This document shows positions 12,866-24,651 of a DNA stretch of 64,000 bases, piece by piece; the first letter of the stretch is position 1; the number at the start of each line of letters is the position of its first letter. Both the position numbers and the translations under genes were made by a program. The DNA lies in contig JBNZDD010013718.1 in NCBI GenBank assembly GCA_050575255.1, forward strand, positions 8,621,677 to 8,685,676, written 5' to 3'. Source of the stretch: Harriotta raleighana. Taxonomy: Eukaryota. Below the pieces are notes generated by a model, which searched no databases, had not been told where the DNA came from, and worked only from the letters and a program-made list of their open reading frames with translations.

Positions 12866-13884
12866 ACTGTACGATGATCAAGGGAGGCAAAAATCGCATT
12901 GCAATTATTATTGGGTTAATTCCAAATCTTCGAGGAGATGTTGCTGGTGGAAAAAAAACCTGTCATTGTTAGGGCACAGAATTATTTTAAAAATAGCTTC
13001 AGATATGCACACTTAGAATTTTCCTCCAAGTTCAAAATAGAATTCTCTGCCTTTATATATTTCTACTAATTTCAACATCTTTTAGTAATGTGGATACTAA
13101 AAGCTAATCATTTCTGTATGTTTCATTGTATGGAAAATGTTGGGGTGGGAGAAAGAGGATTGTTTTAATAATCCTTGCAATTTCCAAGCTCATTCAGTTC
13201 TTACAAGGGTTAATAAATCAGATTCTTCTTTTTGATAGCGAGCCAACAATATTGAAACATCTTACAGAGATCTACAGATCTCACGATTAAAAGGTCAAAT
13301 ACAAAACTGTAGAAGTCGCAAAATGGTATTTTCTTTTAAATTGAGTTTTGTTTTAAGAAATATAAATTTGCTGATTGAGTTTCTTAAAAATTCGGAAGGC
13401 CACAGAAGCCATTTTCATAAACTAAAGCATTTTTGCAAGTCATTCCAGTTACAGGGAGGCAGATTTCTGAATCGTGTGCTGTGATCAGCAAGTCTTTCAA
13501 AATGGGATCACTGTTAATGCTTTAGGAAACTGAAGTTTAATTAATCTGTAGCCCTGTTTTGGTCTGAATTAATACATTAAAGATGAAACCCAGAGTGATG
13601 TGTCATGTTTACCATTCAGTTGCCTTTCCTGCCTGATTGCACCAAAGCTGTTTCCATCTGGTAATATTGTACTTACTCACATTTTGTAGTCATATATATA
13701 TATGTGTGTCTTTATATATGTGTATTTATATGTGTATACTTTTAAAAAGTCCAAAAATGTCTTATTAAAACAGTCATGAACATTTTGAGGGCACCGGTGA
13801 GGTGATATTGGAGAGGACGGCTATTCAGAAATGGTCTGTCTGAGCAAAAGTGGCCTAATGTCCATTATATACTTAGTTACGTTT

Positions 13885-14020
13885 AATAATAATAATAAAT
13901 AATAATAATAATCCTTGCATTTCATATAGCGCCGTATCACTTGGCTGAGATGTCTCAAAATCGCTCGACAGGACACACTTAGAAAGTGACTTGTGTAATG
14001 TGTGGCACAAACAGCCAAGG
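13885..14020 (-). mobile_element. tRNA-SINE family A, 3' fragment
   Basis: (TAA)nTCCTTGCATTTCATATAGCGCC...GAGATGTCTCAAAATCGCT. Confidence 0.75.
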
Positions 14021-14049
14021 AGTGAGTGTACAAATTAATATGTTTTTAT

Positions 14050-14366
14050 CAGGGTTGATTGGTTAGTTAGTTGGCGAGAGATAGAGAGTTAATGATGGTG
14101 CAGGAGGGAGGGAGGGAGGGGATGGATGGATGGATGGCTCCTCCTCTTCATCCCTCCCTCCCTCCTTCCTCTCCATCCCTCCCTCCCTCCCTCCAGCCAG
14201 CCAGCCAGCCCTCTCCTCTGTACTCTGCTCCTCCCATCACAGCAGCCTCCCTGCTGGTGGCTGCAGACGCCGCCTCTCGCTGCCCTCCCCTCCTCTCATC
14301 TCCCCCTTCCCCTCCCCTCGCAGACGGCGAGCGCTCGGCTCCTGAACAGCAGCGGCTGTGCAAACC
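14050..14366 (+). promoter_or_regulatory. MAP1A: candidate alternative promoter and first exon of MAP1A
   Basis: The most prominent GC/CpG-rich non-TE stretch upstream of the coding exons. It has an inverted CCAAT (ATTGG 14058-14062), (GGGA)n and (TCCC)n tracts and a candidate donor ACC|GTACGT at 14366/14367, and is followed by about 4.5 kb without recognisable SINEs. Confidence 0.55.
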
Positions 14367-17300
14367 GTACGTACAATATAATAACACTGTGTTTGTCTCT
14401 GGGCGGGGGGCAAAGTCAAGTTAAAGTTGCATTGTTCCTATATGCTGTATTATATATCTATATAAGTGTGTGTGTATACACAGTGCATAAAAACATTATT
14501 GCAATACAACGGGTGAGCAGAATATTTATGTCTTTTATTTAGTTTTTAAAGAATATATTGCACATGTAACGTTAGTTCAGACTGTTTGTTGGCTATAAGC
14601 GTAGTTTGGAAGCTGTTTTGTTTTTTTCAAGGGAGGGAGGGAGGGGGGCAGAGAGAGAGAGGGGGAATATTTCAGGATTTACAGTATTTGGAACAGGAGG
14701 TGGGTTGGAATTTTGTACAGGAGTGAATCAGATACCTTCACTAGCTCAGTCTGCAACAGATGATTTGCTGTGTGTGTATGTGTGTGTGTCTCTCTCTCTC
14801 TAAACCAGAGATTTCTCCTTAAATCCCCATTATTTATCTTTTTCTCTATTGCTGTGCATCTATATAAAACAAATGTTTTTTTTGGGGGGGCTGGTGGGGG
14901 GAGAGAGAGGGGTGGAGGTTCTCTGTCCACTTGCAGCTTGTTAATCCCCTTTTTTCTTTGTGTCTCTAACCCAGGCTGAGACAATTTGTTGATGTACCTG
15001 TTTGCATGATTAATGGCTTGTGGTCTGGATGCCTTTTCATATACCTTTTTTGTTCTGTATGAAGCTGGGGATGGAGGGAGGAATGAATAAATGAATGAAT
15101 GATTAAATTATCTTGTTGGAATTTTTTTTGATTAACGATAAAGCTATTTTCCCCCCTCTTTGACCCTGCCCCTCCCTCCCCTTGAATGCAAGTAGTAACC
15201 ACCCCCCCCCCGCATCCCCCCTTTTATTTGGGGGAAAGGTTCTGGAGTATTCGAGAGCATATCCCAAATAGTATTCAAAGGGATTGGGGTGGTGGTAAAA
15301 GCCACTCAGGAAAATCTGGAATAAGTATTGAAAATTCCGGGTTTAATTACTGCAGAAAGAGCTTTCAAAGGAGGGTCATGGGGCAAAGGAGGAGATCCCG
15401 GGGAAAAAAAGGATTCTACCCAGTGAACGGAGACTGTGTTGTGTTTGATGCTCCACACTGCGGCAAATCCTGCAGACATAACCTCTTTGTAACATCCATC
15501 CCTCTCAGCCTCTCTTTTACTCTCTCCGGTCATTAGCGGAGCATTATCCCCCTTTTCTTAAACATTTTTTTGGAAAAAAAACACACACACGTAAGACTTC
15601 ATTACAAAAGAGAGAAAAGCTTTCTGAATTTTTTTTTACCCCCAAAAAAGTTTTTTTTGAAAAAAAAGTATTTAGAAACAAAATACGTTTTAAGATTTGT
15701 TTTGAAGAACCTCCAATTCTTAAACGCCTAATTTGAAATCTGCGTTTTTTTTTAAAAAGAGAAAAAAAAATCAAGAATTGCCCTTTTCTGACTTAAGCAA
15801 AATGTTTGTGGTAAATATCATGAATTTAAAATAAGAGTTTCTATTTTGTTTGTGTGTGTGTGTGGATATGTACAGGTTAATTAATGTATATATATTTGTC
15901 AGAATTTTTTACTGCAAGATCACAACGCAGTTCCTGCAAAGGCTTCCTTCAGCACGGAATTTCTGCAGTGAATTTCTTTGTGTTTGTTAAAGAGTCTATC
16001 TTTGTCCTCTTATCTAGGTGTCCACACCCCTTTTGATGCATTCATTTTTTTGGTGTAATTATACTTTTATTTCCAATTAAAATCATCCCCGGTTGGTTAT
16101 ATGCACGATGGAGGAGTCATGGTTGGTGATATTGAGGTGTTACGTTTTGCAATCATTCTTTTAGATTGTGATAGTTTATAACAATTACCAGTTTATCTAA
16201 AATAACTTGAAAATTGATGATTAATTGAACTCTTGCAGTACTTTGGAAGTATGTACAATCTTTCACTTTTGGAGGGTAGATTCATGTTTGACAGTGAAAA
16301 CTGTAGGGGAAAGCTGTGTGGTAGGGCTATTATGTGTTTTTCCTTGTTTTTACCTGCGTACAGTATTATAATGTCAGGTTGATTATCAGGAATAAAGATG
16401 CTGCATTTTCAATGCATGAGCGATGATACAGTGAAATACTGATCTATAACCCATCAAAGACTGCAGAATTTTCTCCCCAATCTCCCAGGGAATAAAATGC
16501 ATTGACATTACAGACCCACAAATGATTTATCTGCTTCTGATGTGCAATGAAACAAAGGTTAAAAAAAAATTTAACTTTTTTTTACAAAAATGTAATTAAT
16601 GTCAAAATTGAATCCCAGTTTAAAAAAAGAGGGAGAATGGACCTGATGTGCAGAATATGTGGATAAAAATATTTTAGTATTGATAATATAGACTTTTGTA
16701 ACAAACAAAATATTTTGCATCTGAATGCCAGGGATCTAGTACAATGATTAGAATTGCTGTCTCATGCTATGGAGTGAACTTGCTTACGTAGGCTGGATCT
16801 ATTAGGGTGGGAGATGGGTGGGGGGGAAAATATAATTTATTCATTTCTGATTTGTGCATCATTTTTTGTCATATGAACGCTGAATTATTCTTGTGCAGTA
16901 AGAAATCCAAAAACCTACGACTGTGTCTGAATAGTTTTGATGAGATTATAATTCCATAGAAGCAAAAATGTATTGAGCAGATCTTATCTCTTGGAAAGTG
17001 GAGAGGCAAATCTGAATAACCGTTAAATATATTGCAAATAAATGAGTTGGCAAACCATTGATATTTGTTTACAAACATGTTGCAGCAGTGACAATCTTTC
17101 ATTCTTATTTAAAAACTGGTAATATTGTGGCGAAACAATTGCTAACAGGATATAAATGTAGCCAGGTATCTGAATGAATAGCAGTACAGATATTTCAGAG
17201 TAAATATTTTTATTTTTGTCTCTTATGATTTCCGCATAGAACTTGTTTGTTTTCGTAGTTTTATTAGAGATGTTCCAATTATTCAGCTGCCGCAAATTAA

Positions 17301-18799
17301 CTTGACTGTAGGTAAATTTTCCATGAAATGATGCAGGTGTCTGGGATGGGAGGTCGAAAACCAGACATACTGCAGTGGGTGGGAGTAAAACCTGAACTGG
17401 ATTTCATGTCGGCATTAGTAGTCGCGAGGTGTTGCGTTGGTGAATATTCTTCCCCTTCTTCAGGCAAAATATCCAGCATGAGAATTCTTAAATATAAATG
17501 TTTTTAACATGAATGCTGAAATACAAAAGAAGGAAATGCACTCGGCTGAATAGAAAAGGCAGTTTCAGAAACCATTCATACTAATATTTTCCTGTTGACA
17601 TGATTTGAACTGTTTGCAGCCCGAACAGTACCAACCGGGAATCTACAGTAATGTCCTCAATTGCCTTTCTGATTTGAAATCCTTCATTTTTAACCCTGTT
17701 TTTCCACTCTCATTCTTGCCTCTTATCACCCCACCCCGCCCGCCCCTCCTCTTGGGAAATGGTTATTTTGTAATGTGAGCATTTCTTGCTTACAATTTGG
17801 GGAATCAGCTGGGATTTGGAATCTGAATACATTTGGTGAGAAAGAAGAACAATTCAGGAGTGATGGTGATGTTTGAAATAGAGAAAGAAGGGGAAAAAAT
17901 GATGGGGGAGTGGGGTGGCGAGCAAAGAGCGTATGGGATCAATTAGCCTGAATTTGGTAGAAACCCAATCTCGCACAGAAAATTTAAATCAATTACTGTT
18001 GATGGACATGAGGGCAAAAGGTTAGCTTTACGTGAAAGCTAAGTACCTTTTAATATATCTGAAAAACATTACAGAATGATTTGCTGGAGAAAAAAATGAA
18101 TTTATTTATACTTGGAGCTTGCTTTGTGGTTAATAAGGACAGAAATGCTGCCAGCTCCCATCAAACTGTTCCAATGTGGCATCTCTGATGCCCAGATTAC
18201 GGAACATAAAATGGAACATAAAAGCATCTCCTCTTTCTGCCAGTGTGAAGTAAATCTCTCACAAACTAGGTGATTTTAACAATCGCTGACAAAAGTTTAA
18301 TTTTGAATGAATTAAAGTTAAAATTACTACGTGAGTTCACATCTGTTTTGGGAGATTGATGGGGAGGCCATCATTGAATGTTGGTACAGTTGTGACAGGA
18401 TTACAGAATGAGCTGCTGGTACAGACTCCATATGGCTTTGTATTGGGGCCGCTGTCTGCTAAAAGAGAGCGAAGAGATCAACTTGGGGGCTCTGGGGATT
18501 TTGTTTACTGATTGCTGCCACACAATTGGCCCTTCACACAATCCCGTCTCTTTCACCAGGCCCTTTGCCATTGCAATATTCCTCTCAGCCAGCAGAATGG
18601 GATGTTCTGGGCACCGGGAGGCTTCAAAGCAGGAGGCAGCTCAGATAGGAAGACAAAATGTTTTGGGGATTATCAATCCTACAGGAACTGCTCACTTTTT
18701 TTTTGTATTTTCTGAGTTTCTAATTTCCTGAAGGTGCTCGAGTTGGGTAAGGTCCTGCAATAATTTGCCTCAAATGGTCATGCTTCACGTTTGAGCCTA

Positions 18800-19075
18800 G
18801 ACAAGATTGTCGATGGGCTATTTGATTGGGAGAGAATCACAGCTGAGTCTGATCCTATACCTCTCTGACGTTTACATGCATTCACTCTCGAGAGCCCTGA
18901 GGAGTGAAGCTCTTGCTGGTTTTGCCCACTTCCTGGCCCAGTGGTACTGTGGCCAATTATAGTGTCCCATCTGCTGTATTGGCTGAGATTAACTTTCTGA
19001 AACACATCCTGCAACTTCTCAGTCTCTATGGTCCAGTTTTACTCCAGGAAGTAGCTTTTCTAACTTGAACCATTT
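18800..19075 (-). mobile_element. SINE family B, degraded copy
   Basis: Reverse-complement similarity to 62590-62880 and 63410-63570 (GGCCAATTATAGTGTCCC..., GGCTGAGATTAACT). Confidence 0.5.
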
Positions 19076-19287
19076 GGACAGCAAGTCTCTGAACCAGTTT
19101 GAGATTTTCTTTTAACCAGTAGTTGGGGAGAGAGTGGTTGGTGGCAAGGTGAGAAATGCTGTTCTTATTTTCCTCTAATACTGACAAATTTTCCCACCAA
19201 TTTAAATTTAATCCACATCACAGCAGTTCCATGGAGTGTTTGTATCTTCAATGTTATAGGTGCCATGTCAAATGTAAATATGATGTA

Positions 19288-20209
19288 CAGTGAAACCTCG
19301 TTTATCCATGACTCGAATAACCGGAAAACCCGTTCAACCACCATCTAAAAAAAGATTTGATTAACCGGAAGTTATCTGGTGAATAGTAATAATGCGTTTA
19401 ATGTCGGGTCTAAACTCGTTCCTGCTCCTTTTGAAAGTCGCTTTCTTTTTTACCTCCTTCGGATGAGTGCTGCTGTTGCTAAGTTAAGTATAAATAATAA
19501 AGTACTGATACTGATGCAGGTAGTGGCCAGAGTGTGGGCGGGGAATGGAGAGATGGGGGAAAGGGAGAGAGAGAAAGATGGGGGAAAGCATAATGGAGCG
19601 AGAGAGAGTGATGCAGGCAGGTTGATACAGAGAGAAAGAGAAAAGGGAGAGTGAGAAATGGGAGAGGGGTGGGCGGGTGAGGGTTGTGGACACAATTTAT
19701 ATGATGGATTCAGAATGAATATCTTTGAGGGTGTGTGTCTGTGTGTGTGTGTACTGGCTGCTAGTCGGTCTCAACTCGCTCCTGCTTCTTTTAAAAATCG
19801 CATTTTTTTTACCTCCTTCGGATGAGTGTTGCCGTTGTGAAGTTAAGTATAAATAATAAAGTATTAATACAATATTCTGTTATTATTTAGTCTATTATTA
19901 ATATGGTGTGCATTAAAATAATTTGTAATTTTTTTAAGTTTTAAATTTTTTCAAAAATTTTTTTTTACANTTTTACCTCCTTCGGATGAGTGTTGCCGTT
20001 GTGAAGTTAAGTATAAATAATAAAGTATTAATACAATATTCTGTTATTATTTAGTCTATTATTAATACGGTGTGTGTTAAAATAATTTCTAATTTTTTTA
20101 AGTTTACATTTTTTTTTTAAAAAAAAATTTTACGAACCCATTCAACCAGAAATCCATTTAACTGCCACTGGCCAGGTCCCGTGGGTGAAGGATAAAGAAG
20201 GATTTACTT
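19288..20209. mobile_element. Tigger/pogo-like non-autonomous DNA transposon (MITE) with internal duplications
   Basis: Starts TA|CAGTGAAACCTCGTTTATCC and ends GGATAAAGAAGGATTTACTT|TA. The body is the reverse complement of the element at 42725-43129. Confidence 0.75.
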
Positions 20210-20224
20210 TAATGACATACCTTC

Positions 20225-20535
20225 TGTTTTATACAGCACCTTTCATGTCTGGGAATAGATCTCAAAGGTGCACAGGATGTACTGTAAAGTGGAGTGATGG
20301 TGTAGGCAAATGTAGCAGATAATTAGCACACAGCCATGTCCTCCAAACAGCCATTTCTGGTACAACAGGAGCTGTTGTAACAGATGACCAGAAGAAACTC
20401 CCCTTTCTTTTTAAATAGTGCCATGGGATCGATACCATCCATCTGAGCAGGCAGATGAGAATTTGGTTTAACATCTCATTCAAAGGACAGCAGCTCTGAC
20501 AATTGCAGCTTGCCATCAGCACTTGGAGTGTCAAT
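20225..20535 (-). mobile_element. Deu-domain SINE, degraded
   Basis: AAATAGTGCCATGGGATC...CATCCATCTGAGCAGGCAGA...GGTTTAACATCTCATTCAAAGGACAGCA is recognisable as the DeuSINE (SacSINE1/AmnSINE1-type) core, reversed. Confidence 0.7.
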
Positions 20536-21554
20536 GAATTATTATTAATGTTAAAATAGATTCAGCACTCCAGTTATTAAAATAACTGGATGAAATGGCT
20601 CCCTTTGTCAGGAATTATTGTCAGGACTAGAAATCAGTGGCAACTTTCTAATTTATTGCCTGATTCGAGCTTGAAACATTTGTGTTTGCAATGGCGAATT
20701 CAGACTAGCTCAGAGTTACTGAAATGGCCTATTACCACAGATGAACTCAGAACTCGAATATTTGAAACGAGGCAGCTGCCTCTCCCTCGCCTCTCTCCAT
20801 CTTTCTTGTTACGTTTCTAAACCGGCATCCAAACTATGCGACCCTGAACTGGGTGTCATCACAGTCTGAATTCTTGTTGAGAGACGGAAGGAAACATTTG
20901 AATCGTACGTCAGCCACTGAGTTTTATAGTTCTGTTTATAAACAAAAAACCTTTTTAAAATTTCTATATACGAGGATTGTTAATGGTGCTGCTTGTTGGA
21001 ATGTTAGATCCAACTGATTCCAAGGATTGTAGACTGGGGAAAGGGACAGGAGAATATTAAATCACAGAGGGAGGGAGTGTCGAAGGACAGGCCGCATTGT
21101 AAATAAAGCACTCCTTGGGGGGGTGGGGGGGGGAAAGGCAGGGCACAAGGAAAAAGGGTAGGGCATGGCTTTGATATATGAGAACTGGTAACCAATGCAG
21201 GGATTTGTAGTGATTGCATTGAATCTTACACTCTTGATTGATTTAGCTGGCCACAAATTAATTGGTTGACACCATTATTTAAAAAAAACTCATTCTGTCA
21301 CCATCTTGGCAACTACAGTAGTTGACATTCTGTTAGAAAAGGACTGTCTACTTTTGCGACCCTTGATCATGTTAATGTGTGTTGACAGTAAGAGTGAAAT
21401 AGCCTCTGAGCAGTCCTATCTGGCAGCAAAGTGGTGCCATTCATGGGTGGCTTCCTGTCGGCAGTCCAACATCTATGCTAAAGGCGGTGACAAAATTTTT
21501 TTGGTTTATGTAAAGTGAGAATTTCATGCTATTGAACAGGAACATCTGTAGTTT

Positions 21555-21700
21555 TCCTTGAGGACCTTAGTGGGTAAAGTTCTAACTAACTTTACCCACT
21601 AAGGTAAAGTACTAACCTGTGCCAAATTAGATTTAGAAGATTGGAAGATTGCAGGTTAAACCCCAAGGTCTCTGCTAAATTAGCTGTTCTTGGGTGACCT
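21555..21700 (+). mobile_element. SINE family B 5' fragment containing a fold-back duplication
   Basis: CAGGTTAAACCCCAAGGTCTCTGCTAAATTAGCTG resembles the family B head (B-box-like plus GCTGAGTTAGCTG-like motif). Confidence 0.45.
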
Positions 21701-24300
21701 TGCAATTGACTGAAGCACCTTTTGGATTAGTGAAATCTCACCTAAGATCATGTTTCCTTTATAACTGGTTAGAAACAATGGGGTCCCCTGTCTGATGTGG
21801 ATATTGTGGACACGTGTGGATATTGGATTAAGTTGGAACAAATTCTCTCCCTCCATCCCTCCCCCAACCCCTATGAGTTGGTTGAGGTATTTGTGCTTTT
21901 TAAATTTAAACAATAAAAATGTGTTTCCCCATCCAGCTCTCCTAGGTGTCTTGATCCAGAATCCCCAAACCCCTCACAGGATGGGCCACAGTTTCGCGAA
22001 ATCACTCGCGAAACTGTTGGGTGTTTTAGTGGCAGATTGGCTGTACCTGGAAGGCTGAGCTGCAATTATAGGGGTGTGATTGCAATAATTTAAGTGTTAC
22101 ATTAGTCGGCCACTTTCCAAATCTTGGGCTGTGGCAGAGACAACACAAACAGTTGAGAGACTAATGAGTCTCTTCACTTGCAGCACTTTGATACCCAGCT
22201 AGTTTATAGTCTATTGGGTTAGCAAACCCACATTATTAGACACAGCGATTTCCTCGAAAACATTACATTCCCAGACCAAGACATTTGTGGTGAAAATATT
22301 TTTCTTAAAAATCAAATGGACAATCTTTAAAAATGTTTTGTATTAATTTAACAACGACTGTTTAAAGCAACATAACTGGTGCCAAGCTATTGTCATTATA
22401 TTAAATGCTGAAGGAAAGAGGTAATGTATTGGAGGAATGAGCAACACTGGACAAATGGTCTTCTATTATCTTCAACTGGAAGCTACAAGTGATGAAATCT
22501 TCACTTGGACAGATTCAAGCTTGAGTGAAGCTAGTCTATGAGCAAGGCAGTATCTAAAATGTCCATTTCCCTCGTGGTCCAGTCTCTGTGTTAACTGCAG
22601 AATCTTCATCGAACCAAATGAAAATTGTCACTGCAGTCGAATGAGCTATTCAGGCAAATAGAGACTGCAAAGCTTCTACCCACTAAGCCTCAGTTTATTG
22701 GAAGAGATATGAAGCAGGCCCTTTCAGCCCATTTGATTTTGATCTCATCCTTCCAGAATATCCATATTTTCTTAAATGAGAACCTGTTTCTGGCTTTGTT
22801 GCAACTGTTGATTTCCCTTTATACAAGAAAATGCTTACACTTCAGACCTCCGAAACCTATAACCTCTTGGACCTTGGCATATCTGGATGTAAATGCCCAC
22901 AATATTGCTATTGCACATCATGTTAGTCTCTGTCCTGTGAGCTGAACTGAAAATATTGTTCAGATGAGGGATTCAGTGTTTTATTTTGTGCTCCCTTGTG
23001 TGGTAGTGTAGGATAAGGAGAAGGAATGCATTGTTGTGTGTTCTGTAACAAACACCCATCAAATAAGGGAATGGGAATCAAGGTCATCCTGTTTCTCAGC
23101 ATGAGATTTTGTATGAACAATACACGGAGAAAGAAGATATCTACATGAAACATCAATCAATTCATGAAGTGGATAAAGATTTTTTGAAAGTTTGTAATGG
23201 AGGAAAAAGAAGTTGGAGGCTGGAGGTGTCATCTATTGGATGACAATTCAATTATTTAGATGAGCAATGACCAGGATAGCATCACTAAAACAATACTACG
23301 AAGGAATGATCTAAGAATTTATTTCTAGGCCATGGGCGGGTTCCTAATGGGTTTGTATTAGGAACTTTAATATTACTAAATCTATAAATGTTAACTTTAA
23401 CTACAAGCGGAGAATAACTCCTGACATTTGGTATATGAATAGCTGTAATGAATGAACATTGCATAGCTAGGCTAGTGATTGTGGGTATTCCCTGCACAAT
23501 TGGGCTGTGTGCATATTTCTGTACAGAATCCTATTCTAGAGCAGACCAGCTATGTAACCCTAATGCTACACAATCCTACGCACCAGATACCATAAGAGCC
23601 TCACAATAATGATGGATATGTTGAAGAATACTAAACAAGTGTTGGACAATTGTAATGTTTATTTATTAAGATTACATTTGTATCAGATTTATTTTGGAAA
23701 AGCATTCTTGCATTCAAATGAAGATTTTGTTTTCTTAAATTCCAGTATTTAATTAACCAGAGGGTGGGTGTTAGTGAGGATAGTCATAGCAATGTAAATC
23801 TGCAGCCTTTCCAATGAAAGTCTTTCTGGAGAATTGTATACAGAATGTTAACATGTTTGTGTGTCAACCGTATTGTCAGATTTGCCAGTTTCAATGCAAT
23901 AGTTTCTTCCCAAGATCAAAAGTCTGTCAACTACTTTGCCAGCACATGGAGATATAAACTGCAATCTTTTCTAGATAATTAGATTTGATTTTTGGTAATT
24001 TATATCGTTACTTGTCTAGAGTAGAATGTACAATTGGGAATGCAGAAAAATGTAATTGTCCCCTGAGAGATGAAACTTCTCTCACTTCCATCCTTCAACC
24101 TTTCAGCCTACTTCTTCACCTTACCCTGTATTGTCGCTTATTTTATTGATGCTCCTATTACGTACCTCTGAAATTCCCTGTCTTGCTCCTGCCAAGTTCC
24201 TACACACTAATCTTACTTCCACTATCCTCACTGTGTAGAAATCAAGATTAATTGTACTACCTCCTAATCTTAACTCATTCTTCCCCCCTACCCATCTTAT

Positions 24301-24651
24301 TAGTAATCCTTACATTTGATATAGCACCTTATCATGCCTTTGATATGTCTCAAAGAGCTTCACAGAATATACTGTAAAGTGTATTGACTGTTTATTTTGT
24401 GGGCAAAATGAGGCAGCGAATTTCACATAGCAGGTCCCACAATCGTTCTTGGGTTTAATGACACAATGTTTTTGAGGGATTATTACTCCCGGAAAGCGAC
24501 CCGCTAATCAACTAACAACCCACTTACTACTTATTTAATCAGAGGCGTGTGGAGTAATTAAACTTACCTAAGGTTTTGTCCCTTCCAGGAATTGAACACT
24601 TGTTTTCTTGATTGTGAGGCGAATGCTCTAATCAATACTCTATAGGACTCC
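24301..24651 (-). mobile_element. full-length tRNA-SINE family A with an extra segment of about 57 bp
   Basis: Reverse complement has a tRNA-like head (GGAGTCCTATAG...GTTCAATTCC), body and AAATGTAAGGATTA tail, colinear with 56627-56935. Confidence 0.85.

Noticed and set aside
20569-20590. 10-bp inverted repeat TCCAGTTATT-aa-AATAACTGGA
   Set aside because: Short and AT-rich with no supporting context; plausible by chance.
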